50,061 nt of DNA, from contig JBEEFT010000203.1 of assembly GCA_041166225.1 (NCBI GenBank), positions 1 through 50,061 of the forward strand. Reading direction: 5' to 3'. This DNA comes from Actinomycetota bacterium (GTDB taxonomy: Bacteria > Actinomycetota > Acidimicrobiia > Acidimicrobiales > JACCXE01). The notes below the pieces were generated by a model. It did no database searches and had not been told where the DNA came from. It saw only the letters and a list, made by a program, of their open reading frames with translations. Position numbers and translations under genes: made by a program. Below are positions 45,301-50,061 of this stretch, piece after piece; the stretch's first letter is position 1; each line of letters opens with the position of its first letter.

Positions 45301-46389
45301 ATGAACCCGTCGGACTTCCTGCTCGATGGGTACCGGCTCGAGCCGCACGGCGAAGGCGTCGAAGCCAAAGGCGAACGCTGGGCCGACGAGACGATCGCCG
45401 ACATCAACGCGTTGCAAAACACGTTCCTCGTGCTCAACGAGCGCGACGCATCGCTGCGGCCGGCGTCGTGGACGCGTGCGTACGTCGAGAATCGCAACCA
45501 GGCCGACGCGCTCGGGATGGCTTTGGTGCGTGATTCCGGTGGCGCCGCGGTGGGCGCCGTGTGGATGCACGGCACCCGGGCGCACAACCGGCATGTGATG
45601 TTCGCCGACATCAGCGTGTTGCCCGACTACCGGCGCCGCCGGGTCGCAACCGCGTTGCTGGCGCACTTCGTGTGCTTCGCGCGCGCCGACGGGCGAACGA
45701 CGTTGATACTTGGCTCCGACGACACGGGCGTCGAGGCGCAGGCTTTCGCGGCGTCTCTGCGAGCCGCGGTGGGCCAGCAATCGCACGCGAATCGGCTGCA
45801 ACTGACCGACCTCCCCGCTGGCCTGCTCGACGACTGGCTGGCCGAGCCAGCGGCGCGGGGCACGACTGACCTGTACGAACTCGAATGCCTCGATGGGCCG
45901 ACGCCTGACCGCGCTATCGAAGACGTCGTCGCGCTGCGCGGCATCTTGCTCAACACGGCGCCGGCCGACGACATCCCGATCGACGAACGTGTCGTCACCG
46001 AAGCCGACGTGCGTGCCGACGACGAAGGCACTGCCGCATCCGGCGACGTGCGGTGGCTGCTGTTCGCCCGCGAGAAGGCGACAGGAAAGGCGGTCGCGTA
46101 CACCGAGGTGTTCGTATCCGACGAGCGGCCGCGCCAGGTCGCGCAAGGCGCGACTGCGGTGGACCCCGCGCACCGCGGTCATGGTCTGGGCCGCTGGCTG
46201 AAGGCGGCGCTTTTGCAACGCGTAATTCACGAGCGTCCGCATACCGCGTACGTGCAGACTTTCAACGCCGACTCGAACGAACACATGTTGGCGATCAACC
46301 ACGCGATGGGTTTCAAGCCGCACACGACAGCGATGCGGTGGATCCTGTCCACCGACGACGCCGAAGCCTGGCTGGAGAACCGACTGTGA
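45301..46389 (+). CDS. two-domain GNAT family N-acetyltransferase (paralogue 2 of 3)
   Basis: YRRRRVATAL and HRGHGLGRWLK, with C-terminal FNADSNEHMLAINHAMGF. The ATG at 45301 lies 4 nt after the upstream stop. Confidence 0.85.
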   Translation: MNPSDFLLDGYRLEPHGEGVEAKGERWADETIADINALQNTFLVLNERDASLRPASWTRAYVENRNQADALGMALVRDSGGAAVGAVWMHGTRAHNRHVMFADISVLPDYRRRRVATALLAHFVCFARADGRTTLILGSDDTGVEAQAFAASLRAAVGQQSHANRLQLTDLPAGLLDDWLAEPAARGTTDLYELECLDGPTPDRAIEDVVALRGILLNTAPADDIPIDERVVTEADVRADDEGTAASGDVRWLLFAREKATGKAVAYTEVFVSDERPRQVAQGATAVDPAHRGHGLGRWLKAALLQRVIHERPHTAYVQTFNADSNEHMLAINHAMGFKPHTTAMRWILSTDDAEAWLENRL

Positions 46390-47417
46390 AACCCGAACTC
46401 TTTGATCCGAACGCCGCAACCGAACCTGACCTACGCGCGCGTTACGCGTTCCACCTACGTATGGAAGCCGAGATGGACCCCGAGACGCCGGCGTATCCCT
46501 ACGACGCGTGGTTGCGTGAGTACCGGCAGACGTCGCCGTTCCAGGAAAACCACCGCTGGGTGGTCTGGGACGACGCGCACGACGCGATCGTCGCGACCGG
46601 GTTTGTCAGCCTTGGTCGCACTGACGAGAACCGTCATCTCGCAAATTTCGACATCAACGTGTTGCAGGAATTCCGCCGCCAAGGCCATGGCCGCGCGCTG
46701 CTGCGCGAGATCGTCGCGGTGGCCGAGGCCGACGACCGTACGGTTCTTGGTTCGGGCACCGTCGCGCAACACGACGCGGAAAAGTTCCTCGCCGCGCACG
46801 GTTTCACCCAGAAAATCCTCGAACGCCGCAGCCGCTGTCACATAAAGCAGGTGCCGCAGGAACTGCTCGACGACTGGATCGCGTCCGGCGAGGCCAAAGC
46901 GGCCGCCGCGGGTTACACGCTGGTGTGGTTCGAGACGCCCGTCCCGGCCGAACACCGGGCCGGCTTTCTCGACGTGTTGGCCACGATGAACGACGCGCCG
47001 CGTGACGACCTCGACATGGACGACTGGGTGATGACCGAGGAGCGCCTCGCCGACCGGGAACGACGCGCAGCGGAGAGCGGCAACCGCGAGTGGATCATGA
47101 TCGTCCGCCACGAGCCCACCGGCGAGTACGTGTCGTTCACCGGTGTTGAGTGGCACCCGTCGCTCCCACAACTTCTTTGGCAAGGCGGCACCGCCGTGAA
47201 GCCCGCGCACCGCGGCCACGCGATCGGGCGTTGGGTCAAGGCATCGATGATGCAGAAGATCCGCACCGAAGCGCCCGACGCCGAGTTCATCGACACCTTC
47301 AACGCAGGGTCGAACAAATGGATGCTCGCGATCAACGACGACCTCGGGTTCCGTCCCTACCTTTGGTACACCGAGTGGCAGGCGCGCGTGGCCGACATCA
47401 AAAAAGCCGTCGCCTAG
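46386..47417 (+). CDS. two-domain GNAT family N-acetyltransferase (paralogue 3 of 3)
   Basis: FRRQGHGRAL and HRGHAIGRWVK, with C-terminal FNAGSNKWMLAINDDLGF. The GTG overlaps the upstream TGA (GTGA). Confidence 0.85.
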   Translation: MKPELFDPNAATEPDLRARYAFHLRMEAEMDPETPAYPYDAWLREYRQTSPFQENHRWVVWDDAHDAIVATGFVSLGRTDENRHLANFDINVLQEFRRQGHGRALLREIVAVAEADDRTVLGSGTVAQHDAEKFLAAHGFTQKILERRSRCHIKQVPQELLDDWIASGEAKAAAAGYTLVWFETPVPAEHRAGFLDVLATMNDAPRDDLDMDDWVMTEERLADRERRAAESGNREWIMIVRHEPTGEYVSFTGVEWHPSLPQLLWQGGTAVKPAHRGHAIGRWVKASMMQKIRTEAPDAEFIDTFNAGSNKWMLAINDDLGFRPYLWYTEWQARVADIKKAVA

Positions 47418-47436
47418 CAACTAGGTTCGGCGCCCC

Positions 47437-48513
47437 GTGGAGCGCATCGGCATCGTCGGATTACCCAACAGTGGCAAGTCGTCGTTGTTCAACGCGCTTA
47501 CGGGCGGCAGCGCCGTCGTCGCCTCGCATCCGTTCTCCACGACCGAGACGTCGGTCGGGATCGCGCAGGTTTACGACCACCGCTTGCTGGCGCTGGCCGA
47601 GATGTCCGCGTCGCGCAAGGTGGTGTCGGCCACGATCGAGTTCGCCGACCAGGCCGGCCTCGTCGCGGGCGCGTCCGGCGGAGAAGGGCTCGGCAACAAG
47701 TTTCTCGCCGGGATCCGCGAGGTCGACGCGATCTGTCTCGTGCTGCGCGCGTTCGTCGACGAGAACATCGTGGGCGACACCGACCCGCTGGCCGATCTGG
47801 AGACGCTCGAACTCGAACTCGTACTGGGTGACGCGACCACCGTGTCGAACAACCTCGACAAGCGCCGGCGCGCGGCCAAGGGCGACAAGTCATTGCTGAT
47901 CGAGGTCGAGGCGCTCGAAGCCGTCGACAAGATCCTCCAAGAGGGCATCCCGTTGTGGCGGGCCAACGTCAGCGCCGAGCACCTCGCCGCGCTGGCTCCG
48001 TTCTGTTTGCTCACTGCGAAACGCGCGTTCGCGGTAGTCAACATCTCCGACGACCAGCTCGACTCGGCCGACGACATCGTGGCGCCGGTCACCGCCGCGT
48101 TCGGCGGCGACGGAGAAGTGCTGGCCGTGTCGGTGCAACTCGAAGCCGAGGCGGCGCAGCTCGACGCGGCGGGCAAAATCGAACTGCTCGAAGGGCTCGG
48201 GCTGGGCGAGGGCGCGCTCCCGCGGGTGACACGCGCCGCGTACGCGCTGCTCGGTCGGTCGACCTTCTTGACCACGGGCGAGCAAGAAAGCCGGGCCTGG
48301 ACGTTCCGTACCGGCGCGAAGGCGCCCGAGTGCGCGGGCGTAATCCACTCCGACCTGCAGCGCGGCTTCATCCGGGCCGAGTGCATCCGGTGGGATGAGC
48401 TGCTCGAGCTCGGCTCGTGGCACAAAGCCAAAGACGCCGGCAAGCTTCGCGTCGAAGGCAAGGACTACGTCGTCCAAGACGGCGACGTCCTCGAGATCCG
48501 CTTCAACGTCTGA
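47437..48513 (+). CDS. ychF: redox-regulated ATPase YchF (Obg-family GTP-binding protein)
   Basis: G1 motif GLPNSGKSSLFNALT, and a C-terminal TGS/YchF domain (AGVIHSDLQRGFIRAE...GKDYVVQDGDVLEIRFNV). Confidence 0.93.
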   Translation: MERIGIVGLPNSGKSSLFNALTGGSAVVASHPFSTTETSVGIAQVYDHRLLALAEMSASRKVVSATIEFADQAGLVAGASGGEGLGNKFLAGIREVDAICLVLRAFVDENIVGDTDPLADLETLELELVLGDATTVSNNLDKRRRAAKGDKSLLIEVEALEAVDKILQEGIPLWRANVSAEHLAALAPFCLLTAKRAFAVVNISDDQLDSADDIVAPVTAAFGGDGEVLAVSVQLEAEAAQLDAAGKIELLEGLGLGEGALPRVTRAAYALLGRSTFLTTGEQESRAWTFRTGAKAPECAGVIHSDLQRGFIRAECIRWDELLELGSWHKAKDAGKLRVEGKDYVVQDGDVLEIRFNV

Positions 48514-48581
48514 CCCCCATCACCCAACTGGTCGCGCGAATTGACCGTCTGGCCGACAGTTTGCGCGACCACTTGGGGCTT

Positions 48582-48932
48582 GTGGGCGAGAATCAGCGGG
48601 TGGCATGGCTTGTGCGGGGTGACGACGTGCTGGCGACGCTCGAGGTCGCAGACTCTTTCTCCTCGCGTTTCAAGGGTTTGCTGGGCGAGGACGGCATCGA
48701 CGGCGCGCTCCTGATCAAGCCGGCGATGTCGGTCCACACGCTCGGCATGAAGTTCGCGATCGACGTGGCGTTCTGCCGCAAAGACCTCACCGTGGTCGAC
48801 GCGGTCACGATGAAACCCTGGCGACTCGGCATGGTCCGCCCCCACGCCCGGTGCATCATCGAAGCCGAGGCAGGTGCGTTCGAGCGGTGGGGCTTGGCCG
48901 TTGGAGACCAGCTCGAGGTCAAGGGTGACTGA
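48582..48932 (+). CDS. DUF192 domain-containing protein
   Basis: LEVADSFSSRFKGLLG...SVHTLGMKFAIDVAF......V.....M.PW is a DUF192 pattern. The start is uncertain (GTG at 48582, GTG at 48600 or TTG at 48561), and all lie after the ychF stop. Confidence 0.75.
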   Translation: MGENQRVAWLVRGDDVLATLEVADSFSSRFKGLLGEDGIDGALLIKPAMSVHTLGMKFAIDVAFCRKDLTVVDAVTMKPWRLGMVRPHARCIIEAEAGAFERWGLAVGDQLEVKGD

Positions 48933-49779
48933 GCCGGTCGCGCCGGGCCGGCTCGTGGTGATTGCCACGCCGATCGGCAACCTGGGCGATCTGTCGCCCC
49001 GCGCCGCCGCTGCGCTCGGCGCCGCCGACGTCGTCGCGTGTGAAGACACGCGTCACAGTCGCAAGCTGTTCACCGCCGGCGGCATCGCCACGCCGCGCCT
49101 GCTGGCCGTGCACAAGGACAACGAAGAGCAACGCTGCGCCGAGATCGTCGATCTGCTGCTGCAGGGCAAGACGGTGGCGTTGATCACCGACGCCGGTACG
49201 CCCGCCGTGTCGGACCCGGGCCGACGCGTCGTCGCCGACGTGGGCGCGGCGGGATTCGTCGTCGAGTCGATTCCGGGGCCGTCGGCGGTCACGACCGCGC
49301 TGGCGGCGAGCGGCTTCACGGCCGACCGCTTCACGTTCGAGGGATTCCTGCCCCGCAAAGGCGTCGAGCGCAAGGAGCGCCTCGCGTCGATCGCGGCCGA
49401 CGAGCGAACCACCGTGTTCTACGAAGCGCCGTCGCGCGTGGCCGCCACGCTGGTCGACCTGGCCGATGCTTGTGGCGAGGAACGCGCCGCCGTAATCGGG
49501 CGCGAACTCACCAAGGTGCACGAGGAGTACTGGCGGGGGACGCTCGCCGAGCTCGCAGCACGCACCGCGCTCGAAACGCAACGTGGGGAATTCGTGGTGG
49601 TCGTGGCCGGTGCCGAGCCCCAAGCCAGCGACGTACACGACGACGTGATCGTCGCCGCACTCGCTGACGCGCTTTCCGTCCCGGGCATCTCGACGCGCCA
49701 AGCGGCCGACGACATCGCCGAGGCGCTTGGCGTCAAGCGCAACCGCGCCTACAAGCTCGCGGTGAATATCCGTTCTTAG
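48925..49779 (+). CDS. rsmI: 16S rRNA (cytidine1402-2'-O)-methyltransferase
   Basis: Motifs LVVIATPIGNLGDLSPRA, VACEDTRHSRKL, ITDAGTPAVSDPG and FEGFLPRK. The GTG at 48925 overlaps the DUF192 gene by 8 nt. Confidence 0.92.
   Translation: MTEPVAPGRLVVIATPIGNLGDLSPRAAAALGAADVVACEDTRHSRKLFTAGGIATPRLLAVHKDNEEQRCAEIVDLLLQGKTVALITDAGTPAVSDPGRRVVADVGAAGFVVESIPGPSAVTTALAASGFTADRFTFEGFLPRKGVERKERLASIAADERTTVFYEAPSRVAATLVDLADACGEERAAVIGRELTKVHEEYWRGTLAELAARTALETQRGEFVVVVAGAEPQASDVHDDVIVAALADALSVPGISTRQAADDIAEALGVKRNRAYKLAVNIRS

Positions 49780-50061
<282 letters not shown>

Noticed and set aside
44244-47417. Possibility that the GNAT genes are GNAT-toxin/antitoxin modules (TacT/AtaT-like)
   Set aside because: Those toxins are single-domain proteins of about 170 aa paired with a small RHH/HTH antitoxin. 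These are two-domain proteins of about 350 aa with no small partner ORF.

Overview
This is a high-GC, very gene-dense chromosomal segment of actinobacterial type. The lineage call rests on mycothiol-dependent enzymes, an MprAB/PepD-like module, many GTG/TTG starts, 4-nt start/stop overlaps and very short divergent intergenic regions. I support 55 protein-coding genes, two of them truncated at the window edges. I found no rRNA, tRNA, CRISPR array, transposase, integrase or phage gene. Most of the content is housekeeping or accessory metabolism: SDR, esterases and dienelactone hydrolases, acyl-CoA synthetase, NagA, a ClC channel, MarR, MFS pumps, two CsbD genes, mycothiol-dependent formaldehyde dehydrogenase plus an MBL hydrolase, a Tro/Znu-type metal ABC importer, a two-component system with an HtrA protease and YceI, a GH13 glucosidase, XseA/XseB, PepN, adenosine kinase, crotonase, NudC, YchF, RsmI and MetG. 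No classical defence or mobile system is visible. The parts I consider worth follow-up are listed below.
1. A lipid-type locus at about 27.0-33.8 kb. An operon (unknown protein, ABC exporter, FAD oxidoreductase, PaaI thioesterase) is bracketed by a soluble acyl-ACP desaturase and a membrane desaturase, has a PaaX-type regulator, and carries a perfect 18-bp palindrome in the divergent promoter.
2. Three tandem, divergent two-domain GNAT paralogues directly after nudC.
3. xseA and xseB are split by two unknown genes, one of them translationally coupled to xseA.
4. Several clear palindromic operators and a SigF/SigB-type promoter in front of the csbD pair.
5. Two unusual membrane proteins: a double zinc-ribbon protein with a Cys-rich ectodomain, and a 4-TM protein with an acidic-then-basic disordered tail.
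All functional calls come from reading the translations for motifs. No database search was possible.
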